From positions 2,604,001 through 2,668,000 of the forward strand of contig CBFFSA010000001.1 of the NCBI GenBank assembly GCA_965644495.1: a stretch of DNA of 64,000 nucleotides, in the 5' to 3' direction. This document shows, piece by piece, positions 21,771-34,100 of the stretch. The first letter of the stretch is position 1; each line of letters begins with the position of its first letter. The notes under the pieces were generated by a model. The model did no database searches. It was not told the DNA's origin and saw only the letters and a list, made by a program, of their open reading frames with translations. Origin of the DNA: Perkinsela sp. CCAP 1560/9 (taxonomy: Eukaryota; Protista; Euglenozoa: Kinetoplastea). A program made the position numbers and the translations under genes.

Positions 21771-22789
21771 TACCGTATACCCCCCCAGTAAGATACCGCC
21801 CCCCAGTAAGAGAGATTTGGCCCTTTTTGGTCTGACCCCCAGTAAGAAAGATTTGGCTCGGGAGCCCCACAGGGGGCGTATAGAGGGTAGGGGGTGGGTG
21901 TCTGCATGTTGGGGGGCTCCGGGGGTAAGCATTTTAACACGTTTTCACAAGAAAAAATGTAAAAAATAGACAAAAAAATTGGGAGAAAAGAGGAAACTTG
22001 CCAAAAAAGCATACCCCCCCAGTAAGAGAGATTTGTCCATTTCGACCCAAAACCCATTCTCTTACGGCAGAAGAAAAATATATAAAAGGGGCTCCGGTGG
22101 TCCAAAAATTTTCAAAAAAAATCGGACCCTTGGGGAATCCAGGGAGGGGTCCATGGGGGCATACCGAACGAATTTTTTTTGAAAAAAATACTTTTCAAAA
22201 AAAAAGCGCAGAAGGGGTAGCCGGGGTCTTGGCACGCATTTTCCACCCCCCAACCCGGGGGTGACCCCCCCGCGTATACGCAGGCCAGGTCCGCCAGGTT
22301 CGGATTTTTTCGGAAAAAAAAAATTGAAAAACATTTCACTTTGGCGAAAAAAATGGCAAAAACAATATTTTTTCGAAATCATTTCTCCTGTTGTATTTTG
22401 GGATCTATACTAGCTTTCTCCGCAGTTGCTCTTACCAGACACCCCTTCTTCGAGCCTTGGTATGCCACCCAATATGACCCATTTTTGAGTAAAACATGCG
22501 AAAAAGTATTTCAAAAAAATCACCCCATTTTCACCCGAAAATCGGCCATTTTTGGCTATGATCTTTCCGTTTTCTTCAGCTTTCCAGGCAAAAGTTTCTT
22601 TTTTAGGCTCTTGGTTAAATGCTGTGGTAGTTTTCAACTTAGAAGTCACTCATGCTGCGCGCTTCGCGTTGAAAACTACCACAGCATTTAACCAAGAGCC
22701 TGAAAAAGAAACTTTTGCCTGGAAAGCTGAAGAAAACCGAATGGAACAAATAACTAAATAAAAACAGTGAAAATATAAAGAACACGGTA
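21771..22789. mobile_element. Non-autonomous pogo/Tigger-like element (TACCGT...ACGGTA)
   Basis: Termini taccgtata / acacggta. Direct ccccagtaaga repeats occur four times near the left end. The right-end sequence aaaaacagtgaaaatataaaga also occurs at 21732, just left of the element. Confidence 0.55.
22569..22737. repeat. Near-perfect inverted repeat, about 70-bp arms
   Basis: 22569-22638 pairs with 22668-22737 across a 29-nt loop. Confidence 0.9.
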
Positions 22790-22798
22790 ATATAACCT

Positions 22799-22982
22799 AG
22801 GCTAAAGTGGACGAGGGAGATACTAAAAACACCTCAGGCAAACCACCACAAAAATGCAACGGTATCTCCCGATTTGTAAAGGATTCTGATGGGACAAAAG
22901 AATCTTTAACGGGAGATACTGTTGCATTTTTGTGGTGGTTTGCCCGAGGTGTTTTTAGTATCTCCCTCGTCCACTTTAGCCT
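22799..22982. mobile_element. Fold-back MITE
   Basis: aggctaaagtggacgagggagatactaaaaacacctc... / ...gaggtgtttttagtatctccctcgtccactttagcct. Nearly the whole element is palindromic; a related copy lies at 1645. Confidence 0.85.
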
Positions 22983-23513
22983 GGGTTTGTTCACTTTTTT
23001 TTCAAAAATCGACGGCAGACAGATAGCTCACAAAAATGTAAGTTAATGAAAAAAAAATGTAAGTTAATGAGAAAGGTCATTACCCCAAGCTGCATGAACA
23101 GCTCATTTAGACACTAGTCGTGCTAATTCTTCTCTTGTTAATTCCATTGGAATTTCTATTGAAGTATTTCTCGAAAAATGTAACAACCACCGGCAGACAA
23201 ACAGCGCACAGTCATTCGAACCATTACTTTGAGTCAGATCATATCCAGGAAATAACTTCCAAGTCACCTTGCCCCCCCAAAAATGTCTATCATGGAAACT
23301 TTTACCGAACTTAAAATTTCGTTTCGCCTTTTTGGGCTATGAAATGGAAGGGAATCAAACCACGGTAGGTCACCTCCGTCTCGTTTTTCATTTGGGAACG
23401 CTAAGCATATAGCAAAATGGCAGTCGAAGTAAAAAGGCATAGCAATCCGGTTAGCTTCAAGCATTCTTGTCCTTATCTCTCCACCTATGCTTGAATTGCT
23501 ATCCACAAATTTT

Positions 23514-26500
23514 TTAAACACCGTAGAAGGAACGGAGCTGTCGAGTACCACATATCCGCGGCATTCCTCTGAGAGCAAGGAACCCAATGTATTTACAACA
23601 GTGTCTGGGATAAGCTGCCCTGTGTATGACCAAGGCGGGAGGCGTCTGTATTATTGGTTTCATATCTGAAGATTTCCTTGGAATACGTTCCGCCGGGCAC
23701 TGAACTACTGTCTTCTTTTTCTTGGTCGCTCTCTGTTGATTTTTTGTAGATTCTGTTTTTAAAGTTCTTTTCTGAGGAATGTAAACTGTTTTATCGCCCT
23801 TGCGTTTCATCTCGTTTACGAATTCTATCAAGTCTGGGTTGGGTCGGAGCTTTTCCAAGTAAGAAAAACTTCCTTCACACCTTTCCGGCAATAACCAAAG
23901 TAATTTTGCAGATTTTACTCTCGACAATGCTACGTACACGGCTGAGTGTGTTAGCATGCTTTTGTGGTAGCTTGTTGGTCTTCAGTTGAGGTCAATACAC
24001 AAATTATTGTTAATTGTGGCCCCTTGGACTTTGTGTATCGTGAATGAGAATCCGCAGCCAATTTCTAGTTCATCATCCAGGTCGCTTTTCTTAAATTCGG
24101 CTGACACTCTGCCGTCGATTGTTGTTGCTGCTATTCCTACAATTGCAAAGGAAGTACAATCTAAAATTTCGCCAGCTCTTCCGTTTTCTTTTACGTATTT
24201 TGTTAAGCGTGCTTTTTCATTTTCATTTTCAACCAGCACCCCATCCTCCTCCATCAGGGTGCCGTTTATGAGCCTATTCTCCCTACTGAGATTGACAAGG
24301 CACATTGTCGGTTTTCCTGTTACAGAAAAGTATTGAGCCCCTTTAATAGAAACTTTTAAAACAGGAATTCCTTTTGTAAGGGCGAATTCTCTGCTCCTGA
24401 GTAATGACAGTATTTCACGTTCTTGATTTGTACTCTCAAGCATAAACGCGTTATCCGGAATACTTTCCGTAACAAATTGGGCTCGTTGTAATAGATTTTT
24501 GAATGCAGTGGCGCATTTATCGGGATCTCGAAGATCTTTAAGCATTTCTTGATGCATTACATCTTCTTGCGAAGTACCTACTGCTCGATGTTGCTCTGTC
24601 AAATCGAAAAAGCAAAAGTCATTAATACCAATGGTTTTCGAGTGCGCGGAGGAAGAGGCTCCATATATCAGCGACGATCCTGATGTCCTAACAGGGGGTA
24701 GCTGATAAAAATCACCGACCATTATGATGGAAAATCCGCCAAATTTTATTTCTTTGTTCGATATGCAACATAAGCGCTCATGAACTTGCCATAACATCTT
24801 CGTCGAAACGCACGACGCTTCGTCAATAACTATTGTGTCCACACCGGAAAACTTTTTTCGTAGTTTTGCCAGTCTTTCAACATTTAAATATGATGTGAAT
24901 GTATTTTCCTTGCGTTTTCCAAGCCACCAAGCTGTCGGAAATGCGAATCCTGAGTGAATTGTTTCCCCCAACACATTAACTGCACAATATCCGGAGTACC
25001 CAAAGGCCAAGATTGAACCAGGTCGGTGCAACAATTTTGCCTCCATTAAACAACGGCACGTTTCGCTTTTTCCAGTACCAGGCCCACCGTGAATAAAAAC
25101 AAGATACCCGTCATCCAAGTCGCGATGTATCTCTGTTTGTTGCATTGTTTGGAGCACAAATTGCCCCTGCTTTGAATCAAGTGCCTTTTCTTTTGGACGA
25201 CTCTGAAGGATTCGCTTTGCATTATTTAACGCATCTTTGAATCCTGCGCAATGCAGTGGGGTAGGGGACTCAGTGGCGGAAAAAGGGTTTTGATTCAAAT
25301 CGACTTCACCTTGTTTCGCATCAAAGACATCGTTTTTTATATGGGCCACGGGTGCATTTACAGTCAAACGTCCTGATTTACCTTTGGTCACAAATATTGT
25401 ATTGCTTTTTAAAATTGATTTTGAGAGTTGAGAGCGTTGAATTATATTCCCATCTGTTTTGCAGCTTTTTTGTGAATGTAACTCACATTTGTCTTTGATT
25501 AGCTCGGACACTTGTTTCTCAAGCCCTGCCAAAAATAACTCAGTTTCATGTTCGGTTTTCCTTTTTCCACTCCGTTTTATTTCAGATTGTTGTATTGAAA
25601 GCATTTCTTCAGCCTCTTTTATACCTTCTAGAGCTTCTCTCTCAGAGCAATTCGATGAATACATGACGTTTCCAACAGTTGTTTTATCGATTTTATTGCA
25701 CCATTCGCTAAATTCAGTAGCTTTATTGTATCGAAATCGATTTATTAGATTTCTGGGCTCTTCAAAAGCACTGTCTTGTACCCCAATTCGCATATTATTA
25801 ATAATTTTCAAAAGCGTTGCGTAAATCTCCGATGGAAGACCAGCCAATGCTTCATCAGGTTGCGAATATTTTTTAAATGTTTTCAAATACGTTTTCCAAC
25901 TTTCTATGTCATAACCGATTTCGACGTCTTCCGAAAAGGGACAGAACAGTGCAGAAAAATACTTTGCGTGATATTTTGCACGTCGTAAAAATCCAGAGGT
26001 TGAATTTTCGATGGAGTCCGAATGTTGTGACCAATGAGGCATATATCCGGGAGAAGGTAAAACAAACTTGCTTCGAATTTGTTGAACAAAACTGGTAGCT
26101 AAGGGATGATTCTTCATAAACGAAAAACAAGCGTTTTTATGCCTTCCGCGTGTTCTTTTAGTTTTAACCCTTGCTGCACGAACTCGAACAATTATTGCTG
26201 CATAGATATATAGATTCAAGAATGCAAGTTCTGGCCCTCTATAGTAGTAATCCGTTGCTTTGCTACATAATTCAGGGGAGCCGTCGTCATTTAGAAATAC
26301 TTCGAAGGCCACTTCTTCGTAATCCTCATTATCGGATTCCTCTGGCTCGACGTTATCATTGACTGGTTTTTCTTTAGCACCGCGCGTCATTAGCTGAATC
26401 GCTTGTTGAACATTCAAGTATGGGGTCAAATGGCTGCGTTCTTCCGCACTATACCCCAAACAGCAATACATCGCAAGCTGTGATGATACTTCTTATATTC

Positions 26501-29500
26501 CAAGTTGAGCATTCCCTAGCCTATTGCACATAAGAATATCGGCAGCGTTGGTGTCTCCCCCCTTTCCTTCATATTTTTCTTTCTCTTTCGCTGTATGGAT
26601 TACTCCTAAACAACCACTCACGTCCAGAAGATTCTTTGACAAGTATTTGAACAAGTAAAAAATAGTAATAGCTGCAGTGCACGGCGAAGCAAGAAGTACG
26701 ACATTTGTATTGCAACCGAGTGCGCAGGACAACAGGCTGTTATATTCGGCAATGTTTACATCTTTCTCGCTTCTTTTTGGAAAGTATGCAATAGGTCGGA
26801 GGTCTAATGAAGGATAATTAAAGAATGTTTTGGATATATTTGGCAGACTTGGCAAGTTGGCGTCGGTTAGCAGGGAAGCTTTGATATTTTTAAAGTTACC
26901 ATCCGCGCATTCTAACAGATACAGGTTGCCGCCTTGAAACGGCTGGCGTGGGTATGCGTACCTGCACTTTAGGGGCTAAAACTGACGATTTTTAAAACAC
27001 ATTTCTGTGCAGATATGATTTTGGACCGTGGAAGCAACTAAGAACTCTCTCAAAAGCATTCCTGAAGTGTCTTCGAAGCTGGGACAATTCTGAAGACCCA
27101 CCCGTACTTTGTTTAATACGTCGTGCTCAAAACCCTCACGAGGCACACTAACCGTCATGTAATCCGATGCAAGATTGCAAATTTGTTCTCTTTTACCTTT
27201 ACTAGAAAGATTTTCAGACAGATAATCTGAGACTGGAATACCCCAAAGAAGCATGTGCATATGCAAGCTCCCGCGACCTTGAGTTTCCACGACACCAAAA
27301 AGACCTTTAGAAAAATTGAAAATACCGTTTGGCGTCTCGGTTTTAAAAGAGGTATTTAAGGATTGTTGCTGTCCACTTTTTTTGTACGAACTGGAAAGTT
27401 GAATTCCAAACAATTGCTTGATCACAACAATTGCGTGGATCATTAAATTGAACGTGTTTGCGCAATATGCAGGGTGGTTCTTAACTTCTTGAACTCTCAG
27501 ATCAGGATTTTTAATAAGCATGCTTTCCGTAACGCCTGTGCTGCATTTATCTAAATATTTCAATGTTAGTTTCATATCCGGGTCGCACGGAGATATTGTA
27601 ATATACAGGGCGCCGTATCCCATGAATGAATGCATCGCAACCATGTCGTTAAAACACGCATTGCGTGAAGCATCTGAAAAATGAATGTTCCGAGTTATTA
27701 TGTGGAGAACCTGCATTGACTCATGTAAGAGTTTCTTACCTTCCGTGTCAAGTGGATCTTTTAAGGCTGCGCGCAAATTTTCCAATAAATTCTTTCGCTT
27801 CAATAAAGATCTTGCTCTTTCCCACATGCTTGGTTTCGCCTTCACATTTCTAGCAAGTGAATGTCGTCTGATTTGGTCAAAATGAAAGTAACCGAAATTG
27901 CTACTTCTGCACCATCTTGAATCAGATTGAAGAAGAAGATGCCTCAGTCCACCTGATGGTGTCAAGGGTGTTTTAAGTAAGTTAGCTGAATCATTTGAAA
28001 GAACGGGGAAAAGATCAGGATACCCCATCCCAAGAATTAGATGGTTTTCCGAAAACTCATTGGCTGCATTGGCATAAATTTTTATTCGGCTTCTGCAAGA
28101 AGAAACGTGTTCTTTTTTCTCAAGCAAACCTGTAACACCATCTACCAAAGCTTGCTCCGGATCTTCTACGAAGTGACTGTTAAGTAGCAAAACATCTTCA
28201 TCGTCGGCTTCGGTATTTGATTGCGCCTGGTTATGGGCGAGAAAGGAAGCGGCTACCGACGCGGGGTTGTTTACAGTCGAAGCTAAATTCAAAATACCAT
28301 GGCATGAAGAGGCCAGATTATCAATGTTCACGTCCGATATGATGATATCATGATAAATCACATTATTTTTCTTCAGAAATATTAACCATTTCTTCACAAC
28401 GTGTGGGCGTACTTCAAAATATGCTCTAAAGGAAGGGTTAACCAAAGCTTTTTCCTTGATGTTTTCACCAACAAACGTAACGAACACACGTTGCTCCGTT
28501 ACAGGAAGAACCTGTGCCACTGTTTCTGCTCCTGAGGAAAAAAATGATATTATATGCCGTTTGAAGCGCGTGTCTGCAAAACTCTTTTCGTGTCGAACTT
28601 CACAAAGTGTTTGGAAATGTAAAACCCGACAAATGGAGGATCTTTCAATGGTAGTTAATTTTGGTAGATCAAGACGAGATAGCGGAAGACCAAAATCCCA
28701 ACCAGACTTGTATGAATACTTCGGAACCTTTCCTTTTGATGCTTGTTCAAAGCAGATGTCACAAACCGGTATTTTCGTGCCTTCAAGAAGCTCAGAATTC
28801 ACGTGGTGATAATTTTGACATGCTTTCGCTACATGTGTAATGCTTTTATTTTCAAAATCTGCAGCCTGAAAAACACTACAACACGACAAATCAATGAGTT
28901 TCAAAGCTATGTGTGACGCTTGCAAAATGCCACAGGATCCACATTCGTACGGCTCTAAATTTTCGTTATGTTTTTTAAAATCGCTTAATATTTCTGATTT
29001 CTTGTTGTTTGAGCAAGGGTCAATAATTTGATCCCACCGACGAGGAAAATGCGGTGATTCCCTGAGAAAATTTAGTACTGCCTCTTTCGGGTTGTTCTCA
29101 GCGTTTTGTTCCAAGTTGTTGCCCTCGGTGCCTTCACTTTCGCTATCCATTAATTCCATAGATTGACCACTTTCTGTACCCATTGGCACAGATTTATTCC
29201 CAAAGAAAAAACCTAAATCACAGTAACATGGTGCTCTAGCAAGGCATTTTCTATGCCTATCCAAAGTTAGATGCTGAGACAACCTTCTAGATGGCACTAC
29301 GACGTCGCAAAGAGTGCACCGTATATCATTTCCACATGTGACAAAACACTGGCTGCCTGTCTGGGCGATGAGTTTCTCGTTTGTGGTCTCAGAATTTGGT
29401 GTCGAAGGTTTCACTTTGTGCTTTTTCAAATTCAAATGGTGTGATAACCTTCTAGATGGCACTATGACGTCGCAAAGAGTGCATCGTATGTCATTTCCAC

Positions 29501-29864
29501 GTGTGACAAAATACTGGCTGCCTGTCTGGGCGATGATCTCATTTTTGGACTGAAAATTTGTTGTAGATTTCGATTTGTGAGTTTTCAAGTTCAAATGGTG
29601 CGATAACCTTCTAGATGGCACTATGACGTCGCAAAGAGTGCATCGTATGTCATTTCCACGTGTGACAAAATACCGGCTGCCTGTCTGGGCGATGATCATC
29701 TCATTTTTGGACTGAAAATTCGCTGTCGTAGATTTCACTTTGTGCTTTTTCAAATTCAAATGGCGCGACAACCTTCTACATGGCACTACGACGTCGCAAA
29801 GAGTGCATCGTATGTCATTTCCACGTGTGACAAAATACTGGCTGCCTGTCTGGGCGATGAGCAA
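23514..29864 (-). pseudogene. Helitron (Helitron2/Helentron-like) Rep/PIF1 helicase gene, one frame interrupted by three stops
   Basis: Four N-terminal C2H2 fingers and a CxxC..PKYS..GW.G segment. Rep motifs LYITISP, VETQGRGSLHMHMLLW (HUH), CRYAYP, YLFKY. PIF1 motifs GGPGTGKS, IVIDEAS, GDFYQLPPV, TIHKVQG, YVALSRV. Track ORFs 26976-29864, 26493-26855, 23982-26471 and 23514-23957 are all in the same frame. Confidence 0.92.
29250..29860 (-). repeat. Four tandem ~160-bp repeats encoding zinc fingers at the Helitron N-terminus
   Basis: IAQTGS.YFVTRGNDIRCTLCDV.VP.RRLS.HL.L..H occurs four times. Confidence 0.9.
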
Positions 29865-31155
29865 CGTCTAACAACTACACTCGCACCGCTACCCCCCCAC
29901 CGCTACACCAACTACACTCGCACAACGTAAGCAAAGGTTGTTTTCATTTTTTCAACTGGCTTTAATAGCCGGTGTTTTTGGATTTTTAGGGTTGTTGTCT
30001 TGGAGGGCAATGAGGGTCTTTAGCTGAGACTCTAAAGGTTGACGCTGCAGAGCCCTCAGTTTCATCTTACTCTATGCGTCAAGGCGGCTGCCCTTGAGTC
30101 TTGTACTCCGCCCGCCTCCTTGGGCCTGTAGGGCTCCCACCTCTCTGTACCTCGGCTCCGCCGCAGCTCTCTGCATCCGGCTTGCCCCCGGAACCGTAAT
30201 ATTGTTATTACGTACCCTTATACCTGGAACTGCGCATGAAAACAAAGCTCTCTGCGCCTGGGGCGCCAACTCCGCGAAAGACGGCAAACGCTCACTTGAC
30301 CCACCAGCCGCATGTGGGTAAGGAAGGTAGAGACAAATCGCTGCACTACAAGTGCATGAAAAAAAGAAGATAATTGAGTTTCGTTTTGCTTTGCACAGAG
30401 TTTTGATTTTCAAACCATGAATCGTCCTCGGAAACACTTTGGCCAAATACCTAAGCCATTAGGGAAAATACGGGATTACTTCAAGATTGTAGAAAGTTAT
30501 TCTCTCTCCAAAAACACCTGTAGATGCCGGGATGGATTCTCTTGAAAGAGTGTTGAGGAATTTGAGGAAATAGTGCTGAAGAATTTGATGCCAAAAAAAC
30601 AAAGTTGCATGCCCGGTTAAGCGAAAAAGGGGCACGAAAGGGCGAATTCACCTGAGTGAAAGACGTCGAAGCGACGACAAAAACGGATGTGTTCTTAACC
30701 GATTCAAATCGGTCTTATAGGATAGCATAGGAGGAACAACAGAAGTGAAATACAGACAATTACCACCGGCTTAAAGAGGCTTGAAAATTCGAACGAATCT
30801 CCCACGACGAAGCTGTAGTCCAAAGCGCAACCAACCAACCAACACTGAGATGTTAGCCCAGTTAAAGGATTCAAAAATTTCCCCTAAATATTTCCACCTT
30901 CAAAATATCAACACAGAACACAGTTACAGAAATTTTTTCAAAAACAAACAGACTTTCAATTTCAAGCCTCCTAATCAATCGATCTCTATGAACCATTAGT
31001 ACTTAGCTTTCGAACACTATAAGACAACTCACCGTCGCAATCACGTCAGCGAATGTAATTCTTTAATTCACCAAATCTGATGGTAATTAACTTAAATATA
31101 ACAGAAGCATAGGCTCCAATAGCATCTCTAAAATCGGAAAGTTAATGTCGTAAGG

Positions 31156-34100
31156 CTAATTCTCCCGCTTATTTCCATGCTTTTTTACATCAATTATACT
31201 CTTGTCTTTCCCTTTAGCTGTAAAACAAGGTTTTTTCTTTGATGTCCTTTTCACTCGCTTTTGTGACTCCTTTTCATTTTCTGGTTCACTCTTTGTCTGG
31301 GATGATGATAAGCCCAAACTTGTATCTTTTAGACGCTTCATTTGCGGTTTATTTCGTTTCACCTCAATGCTTACGTTCGAATTGGTTATCTGTGGGGGGC
31401 TGGAAATTAAGTTGATACCCTTTGTCTTCTTATGTAAAGAAGCTTTGCGTATGGGAGATTTCGTCCTCTTTTCATTTATTCGAATGCTCCGTTTGGGTTG
31501 TTTCGTTGAGCGTGAATCGTTTGAGTTTTCCGACAAAGGGGGCCCCGTAGATACAGGTACTGCTCTTTGGTTTGTGCCTTTTCTAGTCCTCTGAGTTTTA
31601 CGACATCTTGAGGTATTATTTTGCTCTGATTTCCTCTTTGCATTGCCGTGCAATATATCCCCGTAGTATTTTATAGCTAGTTCATTTCCTTCCAGCTTGC
31701 ACGCCTTTTTGGCTAAATAATCTGCGGTATCGTTGTACATATTTTCATTGTGTGATTTGACCTTGATACAGTAGAATTTTTTAGTATGTTTTGTACTGTA
31801 GTAAGCGTTTTGAAGGGATCTCATTACTTCGCACCCTTTGAATGAGTGGAACCCAATGAGCCGATACCGATGCACAGTTTCGTGGAAGAAATCCCATATG
31901 TACTCTGAATCCGTGTGAAGTATTACATCTCCCTCGTAGTTGCTAGCCAGAGAAATTGCCTCGACAACAGCATATGCCTCTATAGATTGTATGGAATCAC
32001 AGAATTTTTCCGGAGGTCTTGTCCCGTAGAATAATGTACGTTCGTTGTTTCGTATTATTACTATGCCGCATCCTTGGAGTTGTTTCTTTGTACCCGGAAT
32101 GAGCGACCCATCCGTATATAAGTGTGTTTCCGAGTCGCTTATGGGAAAAGGGGTGCTACTTTCTTCCACGTACTGTAGAGTTTGGTAGTCCTTGTTTTCC
32201 AATATCTTTTTAATACTTTTTTCCCAAGCACGAGAACAAGACTTTGTGTAAGAAGGCCGTGGTTCCAGCTCCACCTGTAGTTTTTCCAGTTTCTTCCGCC
32301 ATGTGGGGCGATCTTGTCCAAGTTGTAGAATTTCAGTAACATCAGAGTGTAGTTCGTGGGCACACCGTTCGGACAATGTTGGTTTAGAGGCCTCATCATT
32401 TGTTCTCCATAGTACTGCTGTAGTAAACGGTGTAGGATGGCGCACAAGATTACCTATTAAGGAAGCTCTCTGTGTCTTAATTACTGTTTCCGGTTTTAAG
32501 TCAGTAGGATAAAGTGATTCCGTTCTGAGATGAGAGTCACAAGCACTTTTTACGCCAAATACAATTCTGCGCATTCTATTTACTTGAACTTGAATATCGT
32601 GAAGTTCTGCCTGATTGACATTCCATGTGCCAGGGTTGTGCCGACGGATTGAACGAGTGTTTTGAAAATTTGAAATTTGCAATGAGAGGAGATAGAGGAC
32701 TTCCATATGGCGCGAAGCTTGTGCATTACACCCCATCCTAGTCGCAGTCTTTCCTTGGGGGACGTACAGGTATCCTCGGTGTTCTTTGTGCTGCCAAGAT
32801 ATCTGCACTTTTGTACTCTAGGAATTTCCCCCAATCCGTCTATTTCTAGGGCGGTATTATCATCCTTCACCTTTTCAAGTGTTATCCAAGCCGTTTTCCG
32901 TGGACCAACATTGATTTTAAGGTTTGCCTTTTCTGCTGAAGCACATAAATTGGTAAGCATGATTTTTAATTCAGGTTTCGTTGCAGCGACAAATACAATA
33001 TCATCCGCGTAATCAATGTCAGAAATTCTCAGTTCTTTGAGTCCTCGACTTTTTGTCCCGGATGTGTGCGTTACCAGCCCGAGCTTGTTCATGTCAATCG
33101 CCTCTACCAAAATTCGGTCCAGAACCATAACAAATAAGTAAGGAGCTAGAACATCTCCTTGAAGAGTGCCGCTTACAATAGGAAAATCTTCCGTTGTTCC
33201 GTAAGGGGTCCGTACATGAGATCGAAGATTTTTGTAAATTGACATCACAGCTGCACTCAGTTTTGGAGGTATGTCAAAAGCTCGGAGAGCCTCTTTTATG
33301 GAGTCGAACGATATTGATGGAAAGGCTTGCTTGAAGTCTACGAAACATGCGTACACGCCTGTTCCTCTGTGCGATTGGCTTGCAATCTCCATAAATGTTG
33401 CCTGCGCGCCTGCTGTAGATGGATTCGGGCGGAAACCAAATTGGTTCCCACGGAGAGACTTCTCTACTGCTGGTTGGATGCGGTTTAGGATCATTCTGTT
33501 CAACACTTTAACCACATGGTTGACAAGGCATATTGGTCTCCAATTTCCCAGTGATTGCAAGTTTCCCTTTTTTGGCAGCGGTACCTGTAATATGGACTTC
33601 CAAGATTGTTCCGCGTTCCCAGTTTCATGAACATCGTTCATTATATCAAGCAAAACAGTTCTCAACTCGCTGTCATCTGAAATTTCTCTGAGCGCCTCGA
33701 TAGGTATGCTATCAGCACCAGGAGCTTTTCCCGATTTGACCATTTGAAGAGCTGAAGACAATTCTTCTGGGCGAAATTTTCCGTCGTCAATCTGTTCTAG
33801 GCGTTTCGGTGCCGTTGGAAATCGAATGGTGCCTTTTTCAGCCACTGTCTCGTGTCCGACTTTCGAAAAGTGATTTCTAACTGCTTCGAGACTTTCTTTG
33901 GCAGTTCTCCCAAATATTGCAAATTCACTTCTATTATCCCCAACAATATTTCGTATGGTTCTATACGCTGATTTAGGCGCCGATTTTAGTTCTTTTTCCA
34001 AAATTTCACACTCAGTTAAAATAGATGTCTCAATTCGATCAGAAAATATCTTAGTCGCATGTTTAAATTCACTTTTGCTGGCAACTACTTTCATAATATT

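Noticed and set aside
23070-23120. Helitron 3' terminus (CTAG plus hairpin)
   Set aside because: On the minus strand the small agctg/cagct hairpin follows rather than precedes the CTAG, so I cannot define the terminus from one copy.
21634-23314. Short Phe/Lys-rich ORFs
   Set aside because: They lie in MITEs and homopolymer-rich repeats and show no coding signal.
23514-29864. Blastocrithidia-like reassignment of all three stop codons
   Set aside because: Only three stops occur in about 2,100 codons, and host genes are long, uninterrupted and end in TAA, TAG or TGA.
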